Positions 20,301 through 29,087 of a DNA stretch of 64,000 bases are shown one piece after another. The notes below the pieces were generated by a model. That model saw only the letters and a list, made by a program, of their open reading frames with translations. It made no database searches and was not told where the DNA came from. The stretch's first letter is position 1. Each line of letters opens with the position of its first letter. The stretch is from a virus, in IMG/VR virus record IMGVR_UViG_3300045482_000112, positions 4,328-68,327 of that record. One strand, given 5' to 3'. The position numbers were made by a program, and so were the translations under genes.

Positions 20301-23300
20301 GAAGGTGTTGAGGAACTTCAGGTCCTCTTCCAGTACCCCTACTGCCCGGTCCTGTAAAGTTTCCCGGAGCTTACCCGCTTCCGCCGAATGGAACTCTACT
20401 TGCTGCTTGGCATGGTCAGCACGTACCGCCGCCAGCTCCGCCTGGGTCTGTGAGGCCAGGTTCCTGGAAGCCCGAGCATACTTATCCCGCTCGCCCGCAG
20501 CATGGTCCTTCTTGAGCATCTCCGTCAGGAGGAACCCCAGTTCCCGTTCCCGTTCCCTGGTCAACTTACCGGTCTGCTGCATCCACTGTAGCGTGGCAAT
20601 TCTGCGTTCAATGAGCCGGTCCATCTGCTTGCGCAACTTCGCCTGTAGAGGAGCATTCCCAGCCGACTTACGGTACTCCGCCAGCAGGCTGCGGTACTCA
20701 TCGTGCAACTCGCTTTTCCTCTCGGGGTCGGCCATGGTTTTGTCCAGGCCCCCCCAAGACTCCGCCGCTAGTTCATTCCACGCCTTGATAGAGTCCGAGA
20801 ACCTGTCCGCCAGGTCCTGGGACAGTTCATTTACAGCCTGAAACCGTTCCTCCAGGGGGACCGGCCCCGCCCGCAACGAGTCACGGGTACTGCGCAGGGG
20901 GGCAAATGCCTCCCGAATAAGGCGGTCCGTAGCCCGACTGTCCCGCTGCAGCAATTCATGGAACCGGCCCGCCATCTGAATCTGCGCACGGGCTAGGGCC
21001 TGAAGCTGTTCCTCAAACTGCCCCTGGGTCCTGCGCACAAACTCGGTATACTCAGCCGCTGCGCCGCGTACCCGCGCCTCGAAGTAGGCCCGCATCGGGC
21101 GCAGTTTAGCGATGAGTTCCTGGCTGGACTTAATGGCTGCTTCGGTATCGGCAATGGAGTCTTTGTTCTTGACCCGGTCCTTCTGCAGCCCCTTCAGCGT
21201 TTCGAGCTGGGCTGCCAGCCGGTTCTCGGCATTAGTCAACTCCTCGTAAAACTCATTCAACTGCTTGAGCCGGGTACGCTCAAATGCCTGTTGCATGGCG
21301 GGGAGTTCTTCATCAAACTTCGCCAGAATCTTACCCAGGCTCTGAATCTTCTGCTGACTCTGGCTCAACTGGGCCAGCGGGGCGGATGCCTTGGAGTCCA
21401 CTCGGGGCGCCAGAGACTCTTCCAACGACTCCAAGCCCTTCTCGGCGTCCTCGAATATCCTCTCCAGGTTGGCAATGACCCCATCTGAAGAGAAGAAAAT
21501 ACGGCTGGTCTGCTCCACCAGGTAGGCCAGCCCACTGCGGTTGTTGCGTAGTCCGTCCCTATTTACCCGAAAGGTGGACAGCAGAGCCAAGATGCCCTCG
21601 GTCTCGTCCCGGTGCCTGCGGGCACGGCGGATATAGTCATCCACCATTTGCCGGTCCAGGTCGGTATCCAACGCCACCGTAAACAGGGTGTCAAACCGCT
21701 TCAGTACTGCCGGTACCACGCTGGTCCACTCGTCCGCCGTAGCGTGACGGAACCGCTGCATAATGTCGGTGACATGAGTGGTCAGCTTGTACACGTTGCT
21801 GTTGGTGTCTGCAATGAACTCCGTCATGGGACGGAGGGTATTCTCCAGGCCCATCATGACCTGGGTGCGGGTCTGCTCCAGTTGCAACCGGAAAGCCGTG
21901 CGGGCGGTGTTGGCCTGAATGAGGTCGTTCTGGGCCCGGTCAATATCCAGGGCCAGGGTGCGTATTCTCTCCGCCGAAGCCCCTGAAGCTATGGCCTGAC
22001 GGTGAGCTTGTTGCAGGTTGGCCAGCAGCCGTTCCTGGTTCCTCACACTTTCGTTGAGACGGGTAAAGCCCTGGGGCAGGGTACCGATGTCACTGGCATC
22101 CAGGGAGAACTGCTCCCGGAGCCGGGCCACCTGGACATCGATAATCTTGTCCCTGGCCTCGACAATGGCCTCCTGAAATGCCTGCCTGCGGGTAGGGTCG
22201 GTCTCCCGGGCCAGCGCCTGGGTGAGTACCCGCACCAGGGTCTGGGCTTCCTGGGTCTGCTGCTCAAACCGGTTCAGTCGGGTCAGGTCCACCTCGGCCT
22301 TCAGGCGCTTGACCGCAAACTCCTGGTAAAGCTGGATGGTGGCCATGGCGTCATCGAAATGCTTGATGCGGTCCAGGACCGGTCCTATCTCCTTGAAAGC
22401 GTCAATAAGAACCTGCATGTGGGGGTCTATCTGGTTGTTCGCCCCCCGCCTGTGCAACTGCCGCTGTTGCTCCAGCAGCCGCTGTACCTGATTCTGAGCC
22501 CGGACACGTAGGTCTTCCAGCCGCTGAGTGTCCCTGCCCATGGTAGCCCTAAGCTCTCCCATGAGCCGGATGTCTCCACCCGTGGCCTCGCCTCGAGCCG
22601 CTTTGGCCTGAAGAGCCTGTAGCTGCTGGTACCGGGGGTCGTTGGTATTCGCCAATTCCTGGGTTATCCGGCGCAGCTCCTCCTGGGCCCGAGTGAGCTG
22701 AGCGTTCAGGTTATTCAATTCTGCCGCATGGGTGCTGGCGAAGTTAGCCCGAGCCTCCTGGTAGCGTTTGACCACCTGGTAGAGGTCGCGCATATCCTGC
22801 GCCCCTTCCAGGTCGGCATTGGTAATACCGATTGCCGCCGCCGAAAGGTCCTGGTTTTTGAGCATGGCCAGGGCACGGTCTACATTGATGGCCCGGTTGC
22901 CCAGGGCGTAAGTGAGGCTCCCATTCACCTCTCGGAAGCGGGACTGGCCTCGCTCGTCTTGTACCAGGTTCCGGCCTGTACGTTCGTCCAGCGCCGCCGC
23001 CTCGGCCTTACGGGCCTGGTTGTGGTACATGGCCAGCGCTCCCAGCGCCGAGACCGCCACCACTGCTGCCCCCACCGGGGAGAAAACCAGTTGCAGGGTC
23101 GCCCCCAGCATGGCCAGAATAGGTCCCAGCGCCGAGAGTCCCCCCCGCAGGGCCGAGACCCTCTCCACCGCCTGCTGCAGCGCGGTGCCCAGCACGGTCT
23201 TGGCTCCTCCCTGGGTTCCCAGCGCCGCCCAGGCCCCTGCCGTAGCCACCAACTGGCTGCCCACCAGCTTGCCCAGGAACAGCACCGCCTGCAGTCCCAG

Positions 23301-25241
23301 GGTTATCGCGGTCAGGGCACCGGCAATTCGCAGCAGGTCTCCTGCCGCAATACCCGCCACCTCCAGGTTGTTAAGCCAGTCCAGGAACTCCCCACCACTC
23401 CGGGTCACGGTCTCCACGATGGTCAGCAGTCCCAGCAGCGCCGTCTGCATGGTCAAAATAGAGTTGGAGCCCTGACCCAGCCCCACCGAGTCGAAGGTAG
23501 CCAGCAGCGCCTCATCGATAGCCGCCCCCACCTGCTGCTGGGCCTTGAAGACCTCCCGCCCGCTGGCGTGAAGGAAGCTATCCGCCATCTTCTGCCCGGC
23601 CTTCTCGGCCTCCTCGGCCAGGCGTGGGTAGAGTTCCACCCCTTTCTCCACATACTCCAGCACCTGGGCCAGAGAGTCCGAGACCTCATGCCCGCTCTTG
23701 GCATAGGCCACCGCTGCATTCCGCAACTGTTCGTAAGAAAGGGTCAGCCCAGCCCGGCTGGAGAGGAGCTTGTCGAAATTTTCCACCGCCTTCTCGGCCT
23801 GGGGTCCGGCCAGGGCCACTATTTCGGCCAGCATTCCGGGGTCCACCGACATCCGGCGCTGGCGGATAAGCACATCCTGGCTCTGCTTGAGCATCCCATC
23901 CGCGTCTACCCCGAACTGGTGGTAGACCACGCGGGTACGGTTGAGCAGGTCCGAGAATCCGCTGGTACTCCCGCCCAGCCTGGATATTTCCACCAGAGCT
24001 TGAGACAGCTTGGTGACGGTCTGCTCCGAGGCCCCGGCCAGGGCAATCATCTCCTTACGCAGAACCGATATTTCCTGGGCCTTGGCCTCTTCCCCCCGGC
24101 TCTCCAGGATATTCTCGTACACATGCAGGTTCTTGGTCAGTCCGGTCAGGTCCTCGGCGGTCTTGGCGATGGCCGCCGTGGTCAGGAAAACCACCGCCGC
24201 ACCCAGGCTTCCCAAGGTGTTGGAGAATACGTTGTAAAGCTGGTTCTGGAACTCCTCTACCGTGGGTCCCAGGGTCTCAATGAAGTTATGGAACAGTTTG
24301 TCGTCCTGGGGACTCTGAGGGTTCCGACCATAGAGGAGCGAGAACGCCCGAGCCTGCAGGTTGGCATCCGAGTTGGCCTGGGCGGTACCCAGGGCATTCT
24401 TCAGCCCCCGGCTGCGTCCGGCATCCCCGACCAACTGGGACATGTCCCCCACCCTGGCCGTCTGGAACTGGGTCTGTATCTGCCGCAGGGCTGCCGCGTC
24501 ATTGGTCAGCCGGGTATTCAGCAGCTTCTCCAGCTCATCCAGGTCCTTGAAGGTACTGGACAACTGAGTGGACAACTGGCGCACCAGGGCTGCATTGACT
24601 TGGTGCCCTCCTTTAGGACCGGTAGTCACCCCCAGTTGCTGCACGTTACGCAACAACACCTGAGCGCGGGTCAGGTCGGTCTTGCGGCCCAGCAGCTTGC
24701 TGGCCTCCTTGCTGTCTATCTGCGACAGCACCGTGTCCAGGGTACCCAACTGCTGCACTATGTCCCTGGCGGCGGTACCCGTGACCATTCCCCCGCTGGT
24801 CTTGGAGATATTCCCTACCGCCGTCTGCAGACCGGTCACCGCACTGGTGAAGTCCTTGCGCACCGTGTGTACCCGGCGCATGACGGTACCCAGTTCGGTA
24901 AACAACTGGTTCACCGCAACCGACATATCCTGCATATGGGTCACAGCCATGGCCGAGTTACCACTGCGGATGGCCTCGGTCATAGACTCTTTGGCTGCGC
25001 TGGCCCGAGCAAACAGGGCCTGGTACGCTTGCACATCCTGCTGGGACATTCCCAGGTTGAACCGCTGGTTCATGCCCTGGATGCTCTGGCCCACAAACTC
25101 GGTTCCCGACTCAGTAAACATCACCTTGGCGTTCTTGTTCCCGGAGGCAGTACGGAGCAGGTTTTCCAGGGGTTTGAGGGCCTTTGCCAGTTCGGCTTCC
25201 AGCCCGGCCAGAGACACATTAAAGTCCGCATTCAGGCGCAT
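17346..25241 (-). CDS. tail tape measure protein (~2630 aa)
   Basis: Very long helical Ala/Leu/Glu/Gln-rich ORF with hydrophobic segment, after tail tube and chaperone; GGAG RBS before ATG 25241. Confidence 0.88.
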   Translation of the reverse strand: MRLNADFNVSLAGLEAELAKALKPLENLLRTASGNKNAKVMFTESGTEFVGQSIQGMNQRFNLGMSQQDVQAYQALFARASAAKESMTEAIRSGNSAMAVTHMQDMSVAVNQLFTELGTVMRRVHTVRKDFTSAVTGLQTAVGNISKTSGGMVTGTAARDIVQQLGTLDTVLSQIDSKEASKLLGRKTDLTRAQVLLRNVQQLGVTTGPKGGHQVNAALVRQLSTQLSSTFKDLDELEKLLNTRLTNDAAALRQIQTQFQTARVGDMSQLVGDAGRSRGLKNALGTAQANSDANLQARAFSLLYGRNPQSPQDDKLFHNFIETLGPTVEEFQNQLYNVFSNTLGSLGAAVVFLTTAAIAKTAEDLTGLTKNLHVYENILESRGEEAKAQEISVLRKEMIALAGASEQTVTKLSQALVEISRLGGSTSGFSDLLNRTRVVYHQFGVDADGMLKQSQDVLIRQRRMSVDPGMLAEIVALAGPQAEKAVENFDKLLSSRAGLTLSYEQLRNAAVAYAKSGHEVSDSLAQVLEYVEKGVELYPRLAEEAEKAGQKMADSFLHASGREVFKAQQQVGAAIDEALLATFDSVGLGQGSNSILTMQTALLGLLTIVETVTRSGGEFLDWLNNLEVAGIAAGDLLRIAGALTAITLGLQAVLFLGKLVGSQLVATAGAWAALGTQGGAKTVLGTALQQAVERVSALRGGLSALGPILAMLGATLQLVFSPVGAAVVAVSALGALAMYHNQARKAEAAALDERTGRNLVQDERGQSRFREVNGSLTYALGNRAINVDRALAMLKNQDLSAAAIGITNADLEGAQDMRDLYQVVKRYQEARANFASTHAAELNNLNAQLTRAQEELRRITQELANTNDPRYQQLQALQAKAARGEATGGDIRLMGELRATMGRDTQRLEDLRVRAQNQVQRLLEQQRQLHRRGANNQIDPHMQVLIDAFKEIGPVLDRIKHFDDAMATIQLYQEFAVKRLKAEVDLTRLNRFEQQTQEAQTLVRVLTQALARETDPTRRQAFQEAIVEARDKIIDVQVARLREQFSLDASDIGTLPQGFTRLNESVRNQERLLANLQQAHRQAIASGASAERIRTLALDIDRAQNDLIQANTARTAFRLQLEQTRTQVMMGLENTLRPMTEFIADTNSNVYKLTTHVTDIMQRFRHATADEWTSVVPAVLKRFDTLFTVALDTDLDRQMVDDYIRRARRHRDETEGILALLSTFRVNRDGLRNNRSGLAYLVEQTSRIFFSSDGVIANLERIFEDAEKGLESLEESLAPRVDSKASAPLAQLSQSQQKIQSLGKILAKFDEELPAMQQAFERTRLKQLNEFYEELTNAENRLAAQLETLKGLQKDRVKNKDSIADTEAAIKSSQELIAKLRPMRAYFEARVRGAAAEYTEFVRRTQGQFEEQLQALARAQIQMAGRFHELLQRDSRATDRLIREAFAPLRSTRDSLRAGPVPLEERFQAVNELSQDLADRFSDSIKAWNELAAESWGGLDKTMADPERKSELHDEYRSLLAEYRKSAGNAPLQAKLRKQMDRLIERRIATLQWMQQTGKLTRERERELGFLLTEMLKKDHAAGERDKYARASRNLASQTQAELAAVRADHAKQQVEFHSAEAGKLRETLQDRAVGVLEEDLKFLNTFNIQSQRQLSQIQGWITVLQGDAAAQKEAPHLLAELRKQLEEATQAHRKEVQTFLTTRMETFLGDLQTATEAQNDSVLTEAQKAEARNKGLTSLRHLMTLRPLLAGSGLSERDLAEREKRMRDGIVAAAKLFGAEVGNQGVDLSSLDNLQEHIAREVLPRLRRIGIPQELIPELVKVLYGPEAVRGLEKSMEALEEMTEEELAKNIDTVLALEGDLSVLEASGLAPEFTERLRQRWAQLRARLEASLGSETMRKLREGVQPLEEQADLAMEDEEVAKAVESRLGILALLQEASMAPYADRDAVKELQKAEVARIRGLVGHAQFIPQALGKGLMELWEEQQGSPATRATALVEAALSALPQTASLSEEVRKALVDAALKPVLNSVVAEARRLAQLAVEGHELDRTRFETLLGTDPAAALQELSTAVAKFKQAAFQQVQAARTALDLAKTSAEKEEAQVNLEQAVVGYLTAYRGFLSETVDRLEKAFTEGLLTDAQYAQALKDLESLSVNPVLLVNQLRPLAEAIGMGEEELQKLVKGFLDLSQRLKKLREGLDTARLAILGDTRLTRGEREYRLQAAGVQAQLRQDTQNSQGDLDRAEALRGLVSAFLEFRTREFERGLGQHLPQEQRETEVENFRSQLISSLEGLDGAGLMQRLGLETSPEQARQFHQVLLAALKDFREDQKRNTDQLKTLLMDLLGQLQGMLQSFFMEVMSIPTRMMEESRVRESRAGELRTEQGLVTAQIAEYERLYAEAVKNYGAASEQAERYREKLVELRGEQRGLSEEFRANEESARSFFDYLLEAIANFLKAFANAIQQIIAQEMATRAVRWVVGAAFPGVSSTGVGEGSPAPVSQNPPAGTMVTGQSAGPNPVAAGVQVGSAALTNWAGAGLSSALGLAGTAGAFLGPLAVGMVVGLVANGVSSLVERYSDLEQNHRQAGVNRFEESPFDLSARRRVEVHLHGQYDRQKLADEAKQKVYQEMGRELLD

Positions 25242-25254
25242 ATAACTCCAAAAC

Positions 25255-25286
25255 AAAAAAGGGCGGTAGGCTCTCGCCCACCGCCC
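25255..25286 (-). terminator. intrinsic terminator between chaperone and tape measure
   Basis: GGGCGGTGGGC-GAGA-GCCTACCGCCC-TTTTTT on - strand. Confidence 0.8.
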
Positions 25287-25292
25287 ATTAGT

Positions 25293-25853
25293 TCAAAACA
25301 ACCGCGTCTTTGCCTGTAGCTCCAGTTTGGCCTTCTCCAGTTCGCTGGCCTTTTCCATCAGGCTGAACAGTGAACGCAGAGAGTGGTGCCGCACCTCTTC
25401 CGGCGAGAGTCCGGTGTACAGCGACACGTCATTCAGGAACTCCCAGGTGAACTCGGTCTTGGGGGTAGCGTCTGCCGGTTTGGGGTTCTTGACCCTGCTG
25501 GTCGCAGGGCTGGGCATAAAGCCCTCCAGGTACTTCAGAAACCACTCCACCATGCCCGCGTCGGTAAGTACCCAGTTGAAGCAGGCGTCCTTCCAGGTGT
25601 CCGAAGAGACCTGCTCCTTGAGATAGGGGTAAGTGGCAGTATGCACCAGGCAGGTCAACACCTCCAACAACCGGGCCTCCTCGAGGCGGGTGCCTTTGGT
25701 AGCCGTGCCCAGGGTCTGCTGTACCTCACCAAAGGACTTCTCGTGCCACTCGAACAGCCGCACCCAGAAGTCCACGCTGATGGGAGAGAAACGCACCGTC
25801 CCGAAGGAGGCCTCCCTCGGGACTGGTACGCTGAAGAAGTGGCTGAGTTCCAT
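25293..25853 (-). CDS. tail assembly chaperone
   Basis: Between tail tube and TMP; C-terminal TGLSPEEVRHHSL resembles gpT-like end. Confidence 0.65.
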   Translation of the reverse strand: MELSHFFSVPVPREASFGTVRFSPISVDFWVRLFEWHEKSFGEVQQTLGTATKGTRLEEARLLEVLTCLVHTATYPYLKEQVSSDTWKDACFNWVLTDAGMVEWFLKYLEGFMPSPATSRVKNPKPADATPKTEFTWEFLNDVSLYTGLSPEEVRHHSLRSLFSLMEKASELEKAKLELQAKTRLF

Positions 25854-26836
25854 TACAGCCTGTAGGTGTGAATGATGCCGGGCATGGTGGCACCCTCGGC
25901 AAAGGCCGAGAAGTTCACCGAACCCTCAATGTAGTCCGGTCCGCTGATATTGTGGCCGGGCCACTCCAGGAGGGCGTAGGGAATGTCCACCACAAAACTG
26001 GAGGGAACCGTACCGGTACCGGTGGTCACCGAGTTGGTGGGGTCGATGAAGGAAATTTCCAGCTCCATCCACTCCGCATTCAGCACCGCGTTGTACAGGG
26101 CCTGGCGGTCGGTGAGGGGGTTGGCGTCGGTGGAGAAGCTACCGGTCACCTCGAAGCGTTGACCATTCACATCCCTGCGGAACCGGCTGCCCATACGGTA
26201 GCGGTTGGTGTTGAGCTGGCGGTTGAAAGTGACATCGAAGCTGGAGACCGGAATCTCTTCCAGTACCGCCCCGGCCCGGCCCAGGCGCACGATGGCGTGT
26301 TCAAAGTACAGCCCGTACTCCACCGCGGGAATGTTCCCGGCCAGGGGCACCCCGCTCACTCCGGCCTCAATGCCCGCTACTTCCAGGCTGACCCGAGCAA
26401 GCTGGTTGATGCTGCCGTTGAGGGCAAAGGAGCCCACCTTACAGTCGGTGAACTGGCGGGTGGTCTCCCCGTCCGAAACCCCCACCGTAACGTAAGGAGT
26501 CTCGACAATGGTGGGGCGGTAGGTCTTGCGGAAGTTGGGGGCTACCAGGGAGGAGTCCACCGTCACGTCCGCAAAGATAAAGGGTAGAATGAGGTCCAGA
26601 CCCCGATTGGTGGCTTCCACCTCCAGGCTACCCCCCACATCCAGAGTCCCCAGACGGGCCAGCCTGCGGTCACGTACCGCCTGGGCCCGGAGAGCTTCGG
26701 ACTGGTAGATGGTGGGCCGGGCTTGCAGGCTCTCGCTCAGGAAAGGAACGGCATAGTCGGTAGGGGCCAGAGTAGCGGGTACGCCCCGCCCAGTCTGAGC
26801 CTTCATCTGCAGAACAGAGTCAACGCCTTTAGGCAT
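25853..26836 (-). CDS. major tail tube protein
   Basis: 327 aa beta-rich; ESL, VGGSLEVE, FTDCKVGSF, EVTGSF typical of tube proteins. Confidence 0.8.
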   Translation of the reverse strand: MPKGVDSVLQMKAQTGRGVPATLAPTDYAVPFLSESLQARPTIYQSEALRAQAVRDRRLARLGTLDVGGSLEVEATNRGLDLILPFIFADVTVDSSLVAPNFRKTYRPTIVETPYVTVGVSDGETTRQFTDCKVGSFALNGSINQLARVSLEVAGIEAGVSGVPLAGNIPAVEYGLYFEHAIVRLGRAGAVLEEIPVSSFDVTFNRQLNTNRYRMGSRFRRDVNGQRFEVTGSFSTDANPLTDRQALYNAVLNAEWMELEISFIDPTNSVTTGTGTVPSSFVVDIPYALLEWPGHNISGPDYIEGSVNFSAFAEGATMPGIIHTYRL

Positions 26837-26838
26837 AT

Positions 26839-27054
26839 TTACACCTCAAGAAGGGCATCCGGTTCGGATGCGGTAATGGGAGTCTCAGGACCGGTGTCCT
26901 CGACCACAAACTCGGGGCCGGTGAACATACTCGCGCTCCACTCCGGCATCAGGGTGCGGACCCCTTTGCGTAGGACAAACTTGAAACCGCCCGCCACATT
27001 GACGGCCAGCTCCGGCTGAGGGCCTAGGTAGGTTACGTGGATGGAACCTCGCAT
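26839..27054 (-). CDS. small virion-associated protein
   Basis: In-operon ORF. Confidence 0.6.
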   Translation of the reverse strand: MRGSIHVTYLGPQPELAVNVAGGFKFVLRKGVRTLMPEWSASMFTGPEFVVEDTGPETPITASEPDALLEV

Positions 27055-27055
27055 A

Positions 27056-27532
27056 TTAGTTCCTGTAGCGCCACACGCCCGCCACCGGAATAGCAGCCAC
27101 GCTCTTGAAGCCCCAGTCGGCCTGCAAGTTATCGTCCTCGTCTGCCATCACGTAAGCGTAGTCGGTTTCGCCTAAAACAAATCGCTCGCACCCCCCGAAG
27201 GAGGGCTGCGCCGGGTCAGTCAGCGCGTCCATAACCTGCCAGAGCAGGTCGGACATGTTTCGCATCCCCTGGCGCTGGTCGGGATGCTCGTAGTGAACCT
27301 CTATGAGGACTCCTACGTGCTTGCCCCGGCGCTCCAGGCCCTGAATGCCCAGCACCTCCACCGGGAAGTTGGGTCCCAGAGGCACAATGGCCGCACAGGG
27401 GTAGCCCATTCCCGCAGGTACCTTGCCCAGCCCCACCTCAGTGAAGCGGTCGGTACCTCCATCGGTGTAGGTGAACACCAGCGCCCGCAGCCGGGCCTCG
27501 AGGTCGTCTACAAAAGGTAATTCCAGGTTCAT
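27056..27532 (-). CDS. tail terminator-like protein
   Basis: Position upstream of tail tube; YPCAAIVP motif; 158 aa. Confidence 0.6.
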   Translation of the reverse strand: MNLELPFVDDLEARLRALVFTYTDGGTDRFTEVGLGKVPAGMGYPCAAIVPLGPNFPVEVLGIQGLERRGKHVGVLIEVHYEHPDQRQGMRNMSDLLWQVMDALTDPAQPSFGGCERFVLGETDYAYVMADEDDNLQADWGFKSVAAIPVAGVWRYRN

Positions 27533-28494
27533 GTCCTCGCCTCCAGAGCCGACTCCAGCGCAGCCAGGGCGTACTGCTGGTCCCAGAGAGGGAAGCTGTC
27601 CCGCCGAAGCTGGAACCGTCGCCGGGGACTGAGCAACAAAGCCCGCATCGAGATATGGGTCCGCATGGGCCGGTTCCAGGTCACCTCTACTCCCGGTACC
27701 ACCATGCGAGCAGTCTCGGACAGACTCAGGCCCCCCTCCCCTGCCGCCCTGCGCACAGACTCCGCCGCACTGACCCGCTTGGCTAAGGCCTTCAGGGCTA
27801 CCCGGTTAGGGGTATTCCGGTTCCCCAGCCGCACCTTCAGCTCCACCGGCATCACCAGGAAGGAGCGGGCAAACGCCCCACTCTGCACCCCATAGGGAAG
27901 CCCCATCAGGTGTCCCGAGCGGTGTTGTACCCTCCGGGCCCGCTTGCGCAACTCGGTACGACGGGCCGGGTCTTTGGTCTGGCGGGCCTGCCTCTCCAGG
28001 GAACGCATCAGGTCGGCCTTGACTGCCGCCATCTGCTGGTCCCGTCGCTGTCGCCTGCTGGTCGGTTCCCCCGTCTGGGTCCCCTCCCGCTGGTACTCGC
28101 GGTAGCTGCGGTACCCTCTGCGAGTCAGCCAGGACCGGGACTTCCGCATAGAGGGCGACTTGAAGGAGGCGATGCCCTCGTACTCCTGCTCAAAGGTCCG
28201 CCAGCGATTGACCTTGAATCCAGCAGGACGCCCCTTCTGGGTAATGAGCCGGTACAGGCCCATACCCATCAGATGCTGTACCCGGTCGGCCAGGTCCTCT
28301 TCCTGCTTTACCAGCGCCTCGTACAGCATCTCCTGGGCCATCTGGCGGCGCACCGAGAACTGTCCTTTATGCTGATACATGAAGAGCTTGGCCAAGCCCT
28401 CCTGCAGACTCTGGGTAACCCGCTCCGCTACCTCGCCCGTAAGGACACTGAGGTCCACGGTATGGCGGGGCGTCCTAGAGTTTGGGGAAGCCAT
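27529..28494 (-). CDS. neck/tail completion protein, Arg-rich
   Basis: Position between adaptor and terminator. Confidence 0.5.
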   Translation of the reverse strand: MASPNSRTPRHTVDLSVLTGEVAERVTQSLQEGLAKLFMYQHKGQFSVRRQMAQEMLYEALVKQEEDLADRVQHLMGMGLYRLITQKGRPAGFKVNRWRTFEQEYEGIASFKSPSMRKSRSWLTRRGYRSYREYQREGTQTGEPTSRRQRRDQQMAAVKADLMRSLERQARQTKDPARRTELRKRARRVQHRSGHLMGLPYGVQSGAFARSFLVMPVELKVRLGNRNTPNRVALKALAKRVSAAESVRRAAGEGGLSLSETARMVVPGVEVTWNRPMRTHISMRALLLSPRRRFQLRRDSFPLWDQQYALAALESALEART

Positions 28495-28879
28495 AGTCCA
28501 TCTCCGAACCGTCTACAAACTCAGGGGCCGCCAACGAAATGCCTTTACTGGCCAACTCCAGCCGGATGTACTCGTCCAGGGTGGCGTAGGCTTCCGCCCA
28601 GTATTCCTTACGCAGTACATCGTGGGTGGGAAAGAACCGTAAAATACGGGCCGCTATCATCTGGCCCCGCACCTCGTCCAGAGTCCTCGGAAGGGCCTGA
28701 GTAAAGTTGGGGGCAGATAGTCCGGCCAGAGCCATACGGTCGGTAATGCGGCGCTGGGTTTTGTCTACGAACTGCTGAAAAGTGGTGGGGGTGACCCCCG
28801 CCCGACCATCCTGGGTCACCTGCTCGGGACGGGTGTAGCCTGGCGGCATAAACGCCCAGACGCTATCCAGGAGGGACAT
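28475..28879 (-). CDS. head-tail adaptor
   Basis: 134-aa helical protein downstream of MCP. Confidence 0.55.
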   Translation of the reverse strand: MSLLDSVWAFMPPGYTRPEQVTQDGRAGVTPTTFQQFVDKTQRRITDRMALAGLSAPNFTQALPRTLDEVRGQMIAARILRFFPTHDVLRKEYWAEAYATLDEYIRLELASKGISLAAPEFVDGSEMDYGFPKL

Positions 28880-29031
28880 TACTCCTCCTTATTCTTCTTG
28901 TAGGGTCGGGCCAGTCCCTTTTCTACCAGGGTCTGCGCCAGAACCCTGGACAGGGTAAGCACGTCCCCTTTGTATGCAAAGGGCTTGCTGCCCCCTACAT
29001 AAAGTACCTCAACTAGAATTTCCACTTTCAA
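28879..29031 (-). CDS. small head-associated protein
   Basis: KGDVLTLSRVLAQTLVEKGLA pattern of small post-capsid proteins; GGAGG RBS. Confidence 0.55.
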   Translation of the reverse strand: MKVEILVEVLYVGGSKPFAYKGDVLTLSRVLAQTLVEKGLARPYKKNKEE

Positions 29032-29052
29032 GTACACACCTCCTGAAAAGCA

Positions 29053-29076
29053 GGGGGGGCGCGGGTACGCCCCCCC
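29053..29076 (-). terminator. terminator after MCP
   Basis: G/C hairpin followed by TGCTTTT on - strand. Confidence 0.65.
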
Positions 29077-29087
29077 AGTAGGCAACT

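Noticed and set aside
22728-25319. 863-aa + strand ORF and many other long antisense ORFs (e.g. 9018-10019, 29163-30338)
   Set aside because: Shadow frames of real genes caused by GC-rich codon bias; no motifs or RBS
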